NCBI GenBank assembly: GCA_021513695.1
Contig: CP084166.1
Location: 32,001-96,000, forward strand
Direction of reading: 5' to 3'
DNA length: 64,000 nt
From: Candidatus Heimdallarchaeum aukensis
GTDB taxonomy: Archaea > Asgardarchaeota > Heimdallarchaeia > Heimdallarchaeales > Heimdallarchaeaceae
Of the stretch, positions 29,503 to 40,700 are shown one piece after another. The first letter of the stretch is position 1; the number at the start of each line of letters is the position of its first letter. A program made the translations under genes and the position numbers. The notes under the pieces are model-generated. The model searched no databases. It saw nothing but the letters and a program-made list of their open reading frames with translations, and was not told where the DNA came from.

Positions 29503-29805
29503 TTAATTTGTTTTTTCTTCTTTTTCTTTTTTGAGCTGTTCGATTTCTTGCTTTATATTTCTCCGTAATGGAATTATTACACTAAATATTAGTAGAATCG
29601 TAATTAGTAAAGTAAGGTAAGACCATAGAGATTGAAAATATCCAATTCCGTTATTCAAATCGATAATGTTGAAAATTGCTGAAACAACCCAAATTGTTAG
29701 AATACTTATTGAAAGAAGGATTTTTCTAATTAATGTTATTTTCATGTATTTTTTACTGTTTCTTATATCAGCTATATTTTCTTTCTCGTTTGTGTTTTCT
29801 GCCAT
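29503..29805 (-). CDS. Small two-TM membrane protein (hypothetical)
   Basis: 100-aa ORF with two hydrophobic helices (ILLSISILTIWVVSAIF, LTLLITILLIFSVIIPL) and a K/E-rich C-terminus. Confidence 0.4.
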   Translation of the reverse strand: MAENTNEKENIADIRNSKKYMKITLIRKILLSISILTIWVVSAIFNIIDLNNGIGYFQSLWSYLTLLITILLIFSVIIPLRRNIKQEIEQLKKEKEEKTN

Positions 29806-29975
29806 CTTAAATTCTCTGATTTGTTTGTTAATATATATTTTTCCTTTTTGTTACTTCTAAAATATAATTTCTAAAAAAAAATATATAATGAATTTAAGCT
29901 TCTAAATTAACTATTGATTGTCAATAACAAAACGTTAAAAATAAAATTGAAAAGAATATTTTTAGGTAGATAAAA

Positions 29976-31031
29976 ATGGTAAACGAAGAATTTTTAAAAA
30001 AACTTGTTATAACACCAAGGGCTACAGGATACGAGTTTGGAGCTCAACAAATAATTAAGGAATATCTTGAGAAAGATGTAGACGAGATTTATGCAGACAG
30101 AGTGGGAAATCTTTATGCTGTTATTAATCCAGAAAGTCCATTTAAAGTGATGTTAGCAGGGCATATAGATCAAATTGGTTTCCAAATTAGCTATATCGAT
30201 GATAATGGTTTCTTATGGTTTAAACCTCTAGGTGGTTTCGATACTTCTACTTTACCTGGAAAGAGAGTAAAAGTTATAGGGAAAGGAGGGACATTTTTAG
30301 GAGTAATAGGCAAGAAAGCCATTCACTTGATGAAACCAGATGAAAGGAAGAAAGCACCTGAAATGGAAAAACTCTTCATTGATATTGGATGTAAGGATAA
30401 AGAAGAAGCTTCAACTAAAGTTCAAGTGGGAGACTTTGCTGTTTTTGATTATGGCTATGATAGATTAGGAGAACACAACTATGCAGTTTCTGCTGGTTTT
30501 GATGACTCTATAGGCTCATTTATTGTAGCAGAGATAATGAAAGAACTTGCCAAAGACAAAAACTTTTACGCTGGCGTGTATGGTGTTTCTACTGTTCAAG
30601 AAGAGATAGGATTACGCGGAGCTATTGTTGCAGCAAAGAAAATCAGTCCTGATGTGGGAATAGCTTTTGATGTAGGCTTTGCTTCTGATGCACCAGAGAT
30701 TGATAAAAAAGATGTAGGAGAAGTTAAACTTGGTGAAGGACCTATTATCTCTATTGGACCAAACCTAAACCCTGTACTAGTTAAAAGAATAATAGAAATA
30801 GCCGAGAAAAATGAAATTCCCATTCAACCTCATGCTGCTAATAGAGGAACAGGGACAGATGCAAATGCTATACAGCTATCAGGAGCAGCTACAGCTTTAG
30901 TTGGTATTCCAAATAGGTATATGCATACAGCTTCTGAAGTAATCTCTCTTGATGATGTAAAAAATATTGTAAAATTAGTAGTAGAAGTAATTAAATCAAT
31001 AACTGAAGAAGATACATTTATTCCATTCTAA
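29976..31031 (+). CDS. M42-family (TET/FrvX-like) aminopeptidase
   Basis: 351-aa ORF. Metal-ligand contexts GHIDQIGF, GFDDSIG, EEIGLRGA and a C-terminal His (MHTASE), the M42/TET aminopeptidase pattern. Confidence 0.8.
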   Translation: MVNEEFLKKLVITPRATGYEFGAQQIIKEYLEKDVDEIYADRVGNLYAVINPESPFKVMLAGHIDQIGFQISYIDDNGFLWFKPLGGFDTSTLPGKRVKVIGKGGTFLGVIGKKAIHLMKPDERKKAPEMEKLFIDIGCKDKEEASTKVQVGDFAVFDYGYDRLGEHNYAVSAGFDDSIGSFIVAEIMKELAKDKNFYAGVYGVSTVQEEIGLRGAIVAAKKISPDVGIAFDVGFASDAPEIDKKDVGEVKLGEGPIISIGPNLNPVLVKRIIEIAEKNEIPIQPHAANRGTGTDANAIQLSGAATALVGIPNRYMHTASEVISLDDVKNIVKLVVEVIKSITEEDTFIPF

Positions 31032-31043
31032 TTTCCTTTTTTT

Positions 31044-31880
31044 TTATTCAATTAGCATTGAAAGATCAAAGTTTTTTACCGAATGAGTTAAGGAACCAGA
31101 AGAAATATGGTTAACATTCTCTAATTCAAAATCTTCAATGTTGTCAATTTTTATGTTACCACTTAATTCAATAAGTATATTTTGGTTTATTTCTCTAATC
31201 TTTTTAACAACATGTTTTGCTTGTATTGGTTTAAAGTTATCAAGCATAATTATATCTGCTCCAGCTTTTGCTGCTTCAATAGCTTCCTCTTCATTTTTTA
31301 CTTCTACTTCTATTTTTTTACTAAAACTTACAGTTTCTTTTGCTTTTGCTATAGCTTCTGTTATTGAACTAAAAAGAGATAAGTGATTCTCTTTTAACAA
31401 AACCATGTCAGAAAGATTAAATCGATGAGTATCTCCACCACCTATTGTAACAGCATATTTATCATATTTTGCTAAACCAGGAACAGTCTTTCTAGTGGCG
31501 CATATTTTAAGGTTTGGGTTAATTTTTCTCGTTTTTTCTATCATTTGAGCAGTAGTTGTTGCTATTCCAGACATTCTACCAAGTATATTCAAAGCGATTC
31601 TTTCTCCTTGAAGAAGACTCTTGATGTTACCTTTGATTTCTGCAATAACTTGTTTTTTACTAACTTTTTGCCCCTCTTGCACATTTGCGTTCCATTCTGC
31701 TCCAAGAAGAGTAAAGATTTTTTCTGCAACTGTTAAACCTGCAATAATACCTTCCTGTTTAGCGAAAATTTTTGCTTTTACTTTTTTATCTGGAAGAAGA
31801 TTAGTTGTAATATCCCAATAAGGGATATCCTCTTTTAACCATTCTTTGATATCTTCTTCAATAAGAATCTCTGGTATCAT
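31044..31880 (-). CDS. nadC: Nicotinate-nucleotide pyrophosphorylase (quinolinate phosphoribosyltransferase)
   Basis: 278-aa ORF. N-terminal EDIPYWDITT, type II PRTase core (TRKTVPGLAKYDKYAVTIGGGDTHRFNLSDMVLLKENH) and C-terminal IMLDNF...ELSGNI. Adjacent to nadA. Confidence 0.85.
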   Translation of the reverse strand: MIPEILIEEDIKEWLKEDIPYWDITTNLLPDKKVKAKIFAKQEGIIAGLTVAEKIFTLLGAEWNANVQEGQKVSKKQVIAEIKGNIKSLLQGERIALNILGRMSGIATTTAQMIEKTRKINPNLKICATRKTVPGLAKYDKYAVTIGGGDTHRFNLSDMVLLKENHLSLFSSITEAIAKAKETVSFSKKIEVEVKNEEEAIEAAKAGADIIMLDNFKPIQAKHVVKKIREINQNILIELSGNIKIDNIEDFELENVNHISSGSLTHSVKNFDLSMLIE

Positions 31881-31899
31881 TGTGAAAACCAGATTTTTT

Positions 31900-32931
31900 C
31901 TAGTATTTTAGCATATTGTTTACTGCGTTGAAAGCTCGTTTTCTGATTCCTTCTTCAATTTCTATTATATTTTCTTCCTTTGGATTTTCTAAACACTCTA
32001 AAATATTAATAAGATTACTTTGTTTCATCATAGGGCAAATCATATTACTGTCTACAAACTTCAGATGGGGATATTCTACTTTCATTCGATCAATGAAACC
32101 TTGTTCAGTAACAAACAACACTTCTTTCGATGTCTTACTTGATTTAGAAAATCTGTGCATATCTCCTGTTCCCCCTACTAAATCAGAAATCTCAACAACT
32201 TCAGGTTTACACTCAAAATGAGAAAAAACTAAAGTGTCTTCATTTTTCTTTAGTTGCTCTAGTTTTTCTTTTGTAATTCTATCATGTGTTCTGCAATGTC
32301 CTCTGTAAGTGATAATCTTCTTTCCTGTAACTTTAGCTAAGTTTACTCCCATATTGTAATCAGGGACGAAAATAATTGTATCACTATCTAATTTCTCAAT
32401 AATTTTTCTTGCATTTGCAGAGGTACAACAGACATCAGCTTCAGCTTTTACATCAGCAGTTGTATTGACATAGCAAACAACAGGAGCTCCAGGATATTTC
32501 TTTTTTAATTTTCTAACATCCTCCCCAGTTATTGAATCTGCTAAAGTGCAACCTATTCCTCTTTTTGGAACTAAAACAGTTTTTTCAGGATTAAGAATTT
32601 TGGCTGTCTCAGCCATGAATTCTACACCACAAAAGAGAATAATGTCTTCTTTAACTTCAGTTGCTTTCTTGGATAATCCTAAACTATCTCCTACATTATC
32701 TGCAATACCAAAAATAATATCTGGAGTCTGGTAAGAATGAGCTAGAATATGTACTCCTTTTTTCTTCTTGAGTTTGTTAATTCTTAAAGTTAAAGGAGCG
32801 ATATCTAAACAGTCATTTAACGTCCATCCTAAATGACCTAGCTTTGAATATAGTCTCTGTACTTCATTTTCTATTTCATCTTGTGTAAAGCCAAATGTAA
32901 TCTGTTCAATCTGATTTTCAATAACTACCAT
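31900..32931 (-). CDS. nadA: Quinolinate synthase A
   Basis: 343-aa ORF with three-repeat NadA architecture and conserved Cys residues (e.g. GIGCTLAD, HCRTHD), ILAHSYQTPD and CYVNTTADVKAEADVCCTSANA. Confidence 0.8.
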   Translation of the reverse strand: MVVIENQIEQITFGFTQDEIENEVQRLYSKLGHLGWTLNDCLDIAPLTLRINKLKKKKGVHILAHSYQTPDIIFGIADNVGDSLGLSKKATEVKEDIILFCGVEFMAETAKILNPEKTVLVPKRGIGCTLADSITGEDVRKLKKKYPGAPVVCYVNTTADVKAEADVCCTSANARKIIEKLDSDTIIFVPDYNMGVNLAKVTGKKIITYRGHCRTHDRITKEKLEQLKKNEDTLVFSHFECKPEVVEISDLVGGTGDMHRFSKSSKTSKEVLFVTEQGFIDRMKVEYPHLKFVDSNMICPMMKQSNLINILECLENPKEENIIEIEEGIRKRAFNAVNNMLKY

Positions 32932-33345
32932 TTTTTAGACCAAGTAACGCTTCAATGAAGGTATATAAAGGAAATATGCTTTAGGAAAATATTACAAGAT
33001 TTTTTTGAAAAGAACTAATGTAACATAGAAAATAAATGCATTTTTAGAAAAATACAAGCAAAAATTGCCTAAATATAATAAAAAGGTGTTTTTTATTTTA
33101 AGGCATATCTAAAGAACTCTTGAGAATACTACTAATCGTTAAATTATTTAAAAATTATATACTCCCATTAGTATAAATTATAATCTTTTATTATAGGGTT
33201 ACAATTCTATAGATTTGAAGCATTGTTATTTTTTGTTATTTCTAGCTATCATTCTATTAATAATTAAACACAAGATAAATAAATAAAATTACAAACAATA
33301 AAATGATTAACTAACATAATTGTAAGTAGATTATTTGGTGTGAAA

Positions 33346-34392
33346 ATGAACATATTAATGGTTATAGCTGAAGAAGAAGTTTTTAGAAACTTTGCTGATA
33401 CAATTAAAGAACAATTAACAAGTAATTCAGATAATATCTCCTTTTCAGAAATTACAGAAAGTGAACTCGACACAACTCTACAAAACTCTACCTATACAAG
33501 AAATATTAAAACAACAGATCTTGTCATTTCTGTTGGAGATACAGGGACATTCTTAAAATCTATCTTTTTGTCAAATGGAGAAAAACCCGTTATTGCAGCT
33601 TCTTCAGAAAAGATTAGTTTCTTTACTGAAATGACACCCAACAATCTTGAGGAAGCTGTAGCTTCAATATTATCTAAAAGTTACACAATAGATGAATATA
33701 ATAGAGTAGTTCTACAAGATGCAGTGTCAAATGAATACTTGCCCGCATTAAACGAAATAGCTATTTTTCCAAATCGGTCAGCACAGCTAATGAGCTATAC
33801 ACTAACATTAGATAATAATTATATATATAGAGGAAGAGCTGATGGTATTATTGTTTCAACTCCCTTAGGTTCTACAGGCTATGCACTCTCTGCCAATGGT
33901 CCAATTGCTTATGGAAATCCAGACATTACTCTAATTGTACCTGTAAATCCTTTGAATAAAGATCACCATCCTGTTGTTGCCCCTGCGGAGTCTATCATAT
34001 CAATAACTAATTTAAAAGCGAAAACCCAAATAGAAGTTATAATAGATGGTCAAATTAGGAAGAAAATAGATGGACAAACAATTAAAATATTGAAAGCTAG
34101 AAAGAAAGCAAAAATAGTAAGAATTAGCAAAAATATAAATATTGTATCTAGATTAAGAAATAGGTTAGTAGAACTTGACCTACAATCATTAGAAGGTGTT
34201 CCTCCTTCAGCAAAATACATTTTTAAGTTACTACATACAGAGGGAGAAATGACACAAAGTGAAATAATACAAAGTACAGGTTTACCTTCAAGAACAGTTA
34301 GAAATGCACTCAAAATACTTAGTGAAAAAGGGTTAATTGGAAAAAGGAGATATCTACATGATGCAAGACAATCTATTTACTTTTTAATATGA
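33346..34392 (+). CDS. nadK: NAD kinase (NadK/PpnK-like) fused to a C-terminal winged-helix DNA-binding domain
   Basis: NadK signatures DLVISVGDTGTFL (GGDGT-like), DGIIVSTPLGSTGYALSANGPI (GSTAYS.SAGGP) and the beta-sandwich C-lobe. The extra ~70 aa (LLHTEGEMTQSEIIQSTGLPSRTVRNALKILSEKGLIGKRR) are MarR/TrmB-type wHTH-like. ATG 33346 is preceded by GGTG. Confidence 0.7.
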   Translation: MNILMVIAEEEVFRNFADTIKEQLTSNSDNISFSEITESELDTTLQNSTYTRNIKTTDLVISVGDTGTFLKSIFLSNGEKPVIAASSEKISFFTEMTPNNLEEAVASILSKSYTIDEYNRVVLQDAVSNEYLPALNEIAIFPNRSAQLMSYTLTLDNNYIYRGRADGIIVSTPLGSTGYALSANGPIAYGNPDITLIVPVNPLNKDHHPVVAPAESIISITNLKAKTQIEVIIDGQIRKKIDGQTIKILKARKKAKIVRISKNINIVSRLRNRLVELDLQSLEGVPPSAKYIFKLLHTEGEMTQSEIIQSTGLPSRTVRNALKILSEKGLIGKRRYLHDARQSIYFLI

Positions 34393-34602
34393 CAAGCATA
34401 TTTATTATAAGACACCTCTCTAGAACAACATACTTTTTATTGGTTTTTAAAAATATTGTTTGTATTACTATTATTACAAAAATTATTATTTGTTTATATA
34501 CTAACAATATACCTCGAAGAAAGGCAAAAGACTGTTTTGCCTTACATGATTTTTAAACTTTAAATTTGACTGCTAAAAATGCAACTTTTCAAGGCTTGTA
34601 GT

Positions 34603-34618
34603 ACATTTTATATATTAA
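34603..34618 (+). promoter_or_regulatory. Putative TATA box upstream of the giant-protein operon
   Basis: ACATTTTATATATTAA in a 300-nt intergenic region, about 95 nt upstream of ATG 34710. Confidence 0.3.
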
Positions 34619-34709
34619 TTATCGTATAGTACTCTTTAGAGTTCTGGGATTGGAATTGGGGCTATTATTTCCTGGAGTAAGTAATTGAAAATTGAAAAGA
34701 AGTGTAAAA

Positions 34710-37700
34710 ATGAAAAAAAGTAAAATTAAAGTTATTTCTATTATCGCTATTTTTCTTCTCATCTTGAACGTCTCGACGATATACGTTCAAGGTCAGATGG
34801 TAGGTAATGAAACTAAATTAATGATGACTGGAAATCCTACAGAAGTTTATGAAGATCAGATAGCGATTCTGTATGATCCATTTAATGATATGACAAGAGA
34901 ACTAGCAAATTCGATTTATGAGACTGTTCATATGTTTTATTCTAACGTGAAAATGGTCAAAGTTTTCAATTTAGATTCATTTAACAGAGCTTTTTATGAT
35001 GATGATTGGATTAAAATCTATGTTTTCGACTCTGACTTAAAAGGAATAAAATTTGCTGGTTGGACAATGTCATGGAGAAAACTAACTGGATACTACAATG
35101 TTTTCAAAGATACAAGGCACATTGGAGTTTATGGAAACTCATACAAGATGGGTCCATATCTTAAGACTGAAAACTGTTATATAGAAAATACAGAGATTCT
35201 AGATTATCGTATTGCTTACATTCATGTATTGTGGTCATTATATGATATTTTTACAGAAAAAGAAGATGAAATTCTTCAACAAATAGGAGAAAATTTCAAA
35301 TTAATAGCAATTAAATATTTTGGAGATTCATTTGAAGAAATAATGTCTGCCGAGTTTGATCCACAAGGATTAGGTGTTGTTGACCCAAAAAAGGCAGAAG
35401 AAAGATTACAAGATTCAATGGACCAATATCCAAAGAGATTAAATAAAGTTAATCCATATACGGGTGAGTTAGTTGATCCAACAGCAGAGATTGAAGGATT
35501 TAATCCTGTAATGGATATTAAACCCAAAGCAGCGATAGATGAAGATGACATTGTTTTAGGTGAGTTTCCGTTCTTATCTTCGATTCCTGGAGCTGCAGGT
35601 GACGTTATTAAAATAATTTTAGAGTTTATAGGTGTCGAGATACCAGAAGGTTTATTGACTGTAGGTAAAGAATATGGGGGGCAGATCGTCGCAATAATTA
35701 AAGAGATACCTAAAATTATTGGTTTCTTTAAGGATCCAAGTGCAAGTAGTGCTATTGAACTATTTTTTGATGTAGCAAAAGAAATGTTTCCCAGTATAGA
35801 AGAATATAAGCCCTACTTCGATATAGTAGTGAAAGCCCTATTTTCGATAAAAGATATTGCTTCAGGGGATCTTACTCCTTTAATTGATATATCAATGGAA
35901 CTTCTACGATTTATAATTCCTGATAGTGTAGGAGATTTTGTTGACGATGTTTTTGATGCTTTAAACATATCAAGTGCCCTTTCTGATATTATTAGTGGAG
36001 TTACTAATGTTGGTGATTATCTTAAGAGTTTTCTCAATAGGCAACTAATTACAAATTTAATGAAGAAATTTATTGAACAGACTTTAGATCTAGGGGGAGA
36101 ATCCCAAAAATGGATAGATACCATTTCAGAGATTATTATGATTGCTTATGAAATTGCCAGCACTCGAGATATGGATCACATAATAGCGGATGTCTTTCCA
36201 CGATTAGGAAAATTAGTTTACAAGAACATCTTAGATATGACCTATGATGAAAATGTAGAAAATACCTTCAAAGGAATTGCTGTTGCAATTAAGATGGGTT
36301 TTGGAGCTGCTGGAATCATTGATGTTAATCTTAAGGATTCATTTATGGATTTAATAGGCTTCTTCTTCCCTGACCTCGTTGAGACAGTTAATGATGTTAA
36401 ATTCTTTGTTTCAAGTATTAGGTCTCAAATTGATTCCTTTATGGATCTTGTTAAAGATGTTTCAGAAGGTAAAAATCTAGATGTAAACAACGTTCATGAC
36501 CAAATTATATCTTTAATTACTGAGCTTAGTTCATTATCAGGTCATTCTCTCGATGCAAATAAGATAAATGTACTCTCTCAAGCTGTTTTGATGGCTTTAG
36601 CTCTAATAAATGGTGATTTTGAAGCTTTAAGTGATACTAGCTGCCTAACAAGTCTAGTTGATGGATTTCTAGAACATTTTATTGGACTAGAAGAAGGTCC
36701 TAGAGAAATTGTACAAAAGGCAATAGAAGCTGGAGCAGCTATTTTACCTTTCATTACTGGGAAAAAGAGTTTGAAAAAATATATTATGGGAAGACTTGAA
36801 GATTTTGCTGACAAATTCAAGAATCCTGGAGAAATAATTGAAAAGGTTCTTTATTATTTCCTAAGCAAGTACAACGCAAGTACTCAACTTTACCAACTTA
36901 TTGGAAAAATTGTAGGAATAGTCATTGACATCTTTTCTGGAGGATTTGACTTTTCTGTTCAAAATGTTATTCAGACAATAATCTCAATGGCAGTTGTAGT
37001 TTTGAACATGTTAGATGTCAATATTCCGTTAGAAGCAATGTACAAGAGTTTTCAACTTCTATGGGAAGAGGGGCCAGAATTTTCCAATGTTGTAAAAGTA
37101 GTTCAAGATATTATGGGATTACTTGGAGGAAGCATTGACCCAACAATTAAAACTACTGTAGAAACAGTTCTTACTTTTCTAGGAGGAGCAAAGAATATCT
37201 TCAAAGATGGAATAAAATGGATAATGAACCAACTTGTAGGTTGGGCAGCAGGGCAGATTGCTAATTTATTAAATATGCTTACTGATAAATTAAATGAACT
37301 GTTCCAATCTCTTGGTGATTTGGTAAGTTATGATTCTGAATTCCCAATTGGTTTCGGAAGTTTTACTGCCTTCCAGATGCGAGTATTCTTCTCTTTAAGT
37401 CCTGGATTCGAAATTAACCCTGAACCAATTCAAGAGCTCATTATGAGTATGATTTTTGATGGGTCAAAGGTTTTTGATCTCGATAATATCGGAGAATTGT
37501 TTAAGCTTATCTTAAAATCAATTTCAATTATTCCTATTTTCAAAGCTGGACTTGAAATCAAAGCAGGAACGTCTGGAAAGAACGACTTAATGAAGATGCT
37601 CCTTGATTCTCTTGGTCTGGAACTTTCATTCTCTGGCTCTGCAGGACTAACACTGCAATTAATGAAGATTTCTAATGGTAAAATAAGTACTAGTGATTTC

Positions 37701-40700
37701 TTCAAAGTAATAGAATTCTTCTTTAAATTCCAGATATCAATAGCTAAAACATTCCCATTAGCAGAATTTCTAGGTCCAGGAGGAGCAGTTTTAGCTAAAG
37801 TTGCAGAATTCTTAGGTTTAGGTGGAATTTACCTAAAGATAGAGTTCTTTATAGCAATAGAAATTGTTAAACGATGTGAGACACCTACTCAGAAGGCTGC
37901 AGATATTTTAACAATTGTAATAGGAATAGGTGTTTCTGTAATTATTGATATCGACTTGGTAATTGTTGGAATAAAAATAACTATAGGTTTTGTAGTGACG
38001 CTGACGTTTATCCAGGACTTCTTGGCGGACGCACCGCTGCAAGTGATACTCGAGATAGAGTTCACTGTAGCGGTGAAACTGACGTTCTTGTTCGTCGACT
38101 GGACAGGAACAGCGTCATGGGGTCCAGATCCAATTTATCTGGCAGGAGGACCGGATGATGAAAGCACAAAAGACGAAATGAGCGGCTTGGACGCAGATGG
38201 GGATGGGTTACCTGATTCATATGAGTTAGGAGTTCCAGGAATGAAAGTAGACAGCGATGACAGTGATGGAGACGGTTTATCAGACCAATTCGAAGTGAAA
38301 ACGAGTAAAACAGACCCTATCACTGCAGATTCTGACGATGATGGTCTAGATGATTACATGGAATATGAAGTCTTAAAGACCAATCCTCTACAAGTAGATA
38401 GTGACTATGATGGTTTAACTGACTATGAAGAAGTTGTTATCTATGGAACTGATCCTAATGCACAAGATACAGATGGTGATCAATTAGATGACTATTACGA
38501 AGTAAATACTGCATGGAATATCACTGGAATAACTCCAAGTGTAAGATTTGTTACAATTGGGGGAGTAGAGTATAAAGATCATACTGATCCTCTTAATCCT
38601 GATACTGATGGTGATGGACTTCTAGATGGACAAGAAGGAGAATTTGGGGCTTATTATGGACCAGAATTGTATAACACTTCAGACCCAAGTTGGGATCCCT
38701 ATCCAATATTCTACAATCAAGGATATACTCATCCATTAGATAATGATACCGATGATGATTCTTATAAACAATTAGCAAATGGAACTATAGCTCCAGATCG
38801 TCAGTTCTTAATCTATATGTCTGATAAGGTAGAAATAGATGGACAATGGGTTATTTTCATTGAAGATGATGAATTAATGGGTAGAGTAGTTAGAACTAAC
38901 CCAATTAACCCTGATACTGATGGTGATTCAGCAGTAATGGATAAATCTTGGAGAGGTGATGGGGCTCCTCTTGACTTTTTCCTGAAGTCTGATGGTTACG
39001 AACTCTGGTTAGATCCGCCGACAGACCCGAATGACGCGGATATGGACGATGATGGATTAATTGACGGTTTAGAGGGTTGGGGTAATAAGATCAGTAATCA
39101 TACTGATCCTCGTAATCCTGATACTGATGGTGATGGACTTGGAGACCTGCAAGATATTCTACTCGGTTCGGATCCTTTGAACCCTGATAGTGATATGGAT
39201 GGAATTCTAGATGGTGAGGAGTTCTTCAAGTATGGAACTAACCCCGCTTATGAAGATACAGATCATGATGGGCTTTTGGATGGTGAGGAAGTTTATCTAT
39301 TCCACACAAACCCTCTGGCGGTAGATAGCGATGGAGATGGGATAGATGATGGAATGGAGGTATTAGTTTATGGTTCAGACCCGATGGATGAAGATATGGA
39401 TAACGACGGTCTAACAGACTGGGAAGAGATTTTCTACTACTTTACCAATCCTAGAGATTACGACTCAGATGATGATGGTCTAAGTGATGCTATGGAGGTT
39501 TTAGATGAATATGCTATATACACTGACCCATTGAATTGGGACTCTGATAATGATTCAATCACATATCCTAATGAAAACGGAAATTATACTTTCCCACTTT
39601 CTGATGGAGATGAAGTACTAATTTACGGAACTGACCCATTGACAAGCGATACTGATGGAGATGGATTGCACGATTCGTTTGAACTATATCTTGGTTCAGG
39701 TTTAATTTACAACTTTACTCCTGTACCTTTGGATCCGTTATCTAACGATACTGATGGAGATGGAATATATGATGCAAATGAATACCACATTGCAAATGTC
39801 TCTAACATCATTTATCCTTATGTTAGTTTTATCATCACCCAACCTTACAATACTTCTCCAGTAGATCCAGACTCTGATGATGACGGGATTATCGATGGAG
39901 ACGAAGTCTATGTATATGGAACTATGCCAGATATGAAAGATACAGATGGAGATGGACTAGACGATTGGAGTGAACTTAATATTATGTATACTAACCCTCT
40001 GAGTTCGGATACGGACAATGACTATCTGACAGATTGGGAAGAATGGTATGCGGGTTTTGAACATCCAGGATATCTACTTGATCCTAACGACCCTGATTAT
40101 GATAATGATATGCTGCCAGATGGGCCAGAGTTACTACTTTACGGTTCTAATCCTAATAATGCCTATGAGATTGATCCAAGTTCAGGAAAAGTCGATGGTC
40201 TGTTGATGGATTGGGACCATGATGGTCTAGAAGATGGTTTAGAGTTCTTTGTATACAACACTAGTTATGTAGCAGGAGGAGGAGTCACCCAGCCAGATAG
40301 TGATAGAGATGGTTTGATGGATGGTGCAGAAGTATATGTTCATGGTACAGTCCCCACGAATTGGGATACTGACAATGATACATATAGTGATGGATTAGAA
40401 GTGATGTTAGGACTAGATCCTCTTACATATACAACAGAAGAGGAATTTATAGCAGCTCTATCTGCAAATCAAGATATGCTAGAAGCAGGAGTACTAGTTA
40501 TCTCACCAATAGAAGGTGGAATTTACTCTCCTTCTAACTATACTTTCATCCTCTATAACGTGACAGAACTACTGGGCGTACAATATCAAATGAAGAAGAA
40601 CAAACAAGATTTCGGAGACAACATGAGTATGTACTATGATGATGTTTCAAGGACGTGGATAACTCAAGGAGATTATATTGGACCTGGAGATTATATCGTC

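Noticed and set aside
37994-38215. Possibility that the G/C-rich island is cloning-vector polylinker contamination (XhoI and SalI sites 40 nt apart)
   Set aside because: The reading frame is uninterrupted and the encoded peptide is a sensible continuation of the hydrophobic segment into the DADGDG repeats. No vector-like sequence (lacZ, MCS order) is recognisable. It is kept as a compositional anomaly rather than contamination.
35276-38778. Several 60-90-aa minus-strand ORFs inside the giant gene
   Set aside because: They are S/P-rich antisense artefacts of a 6.2-kb continuous plus-strand ORF.
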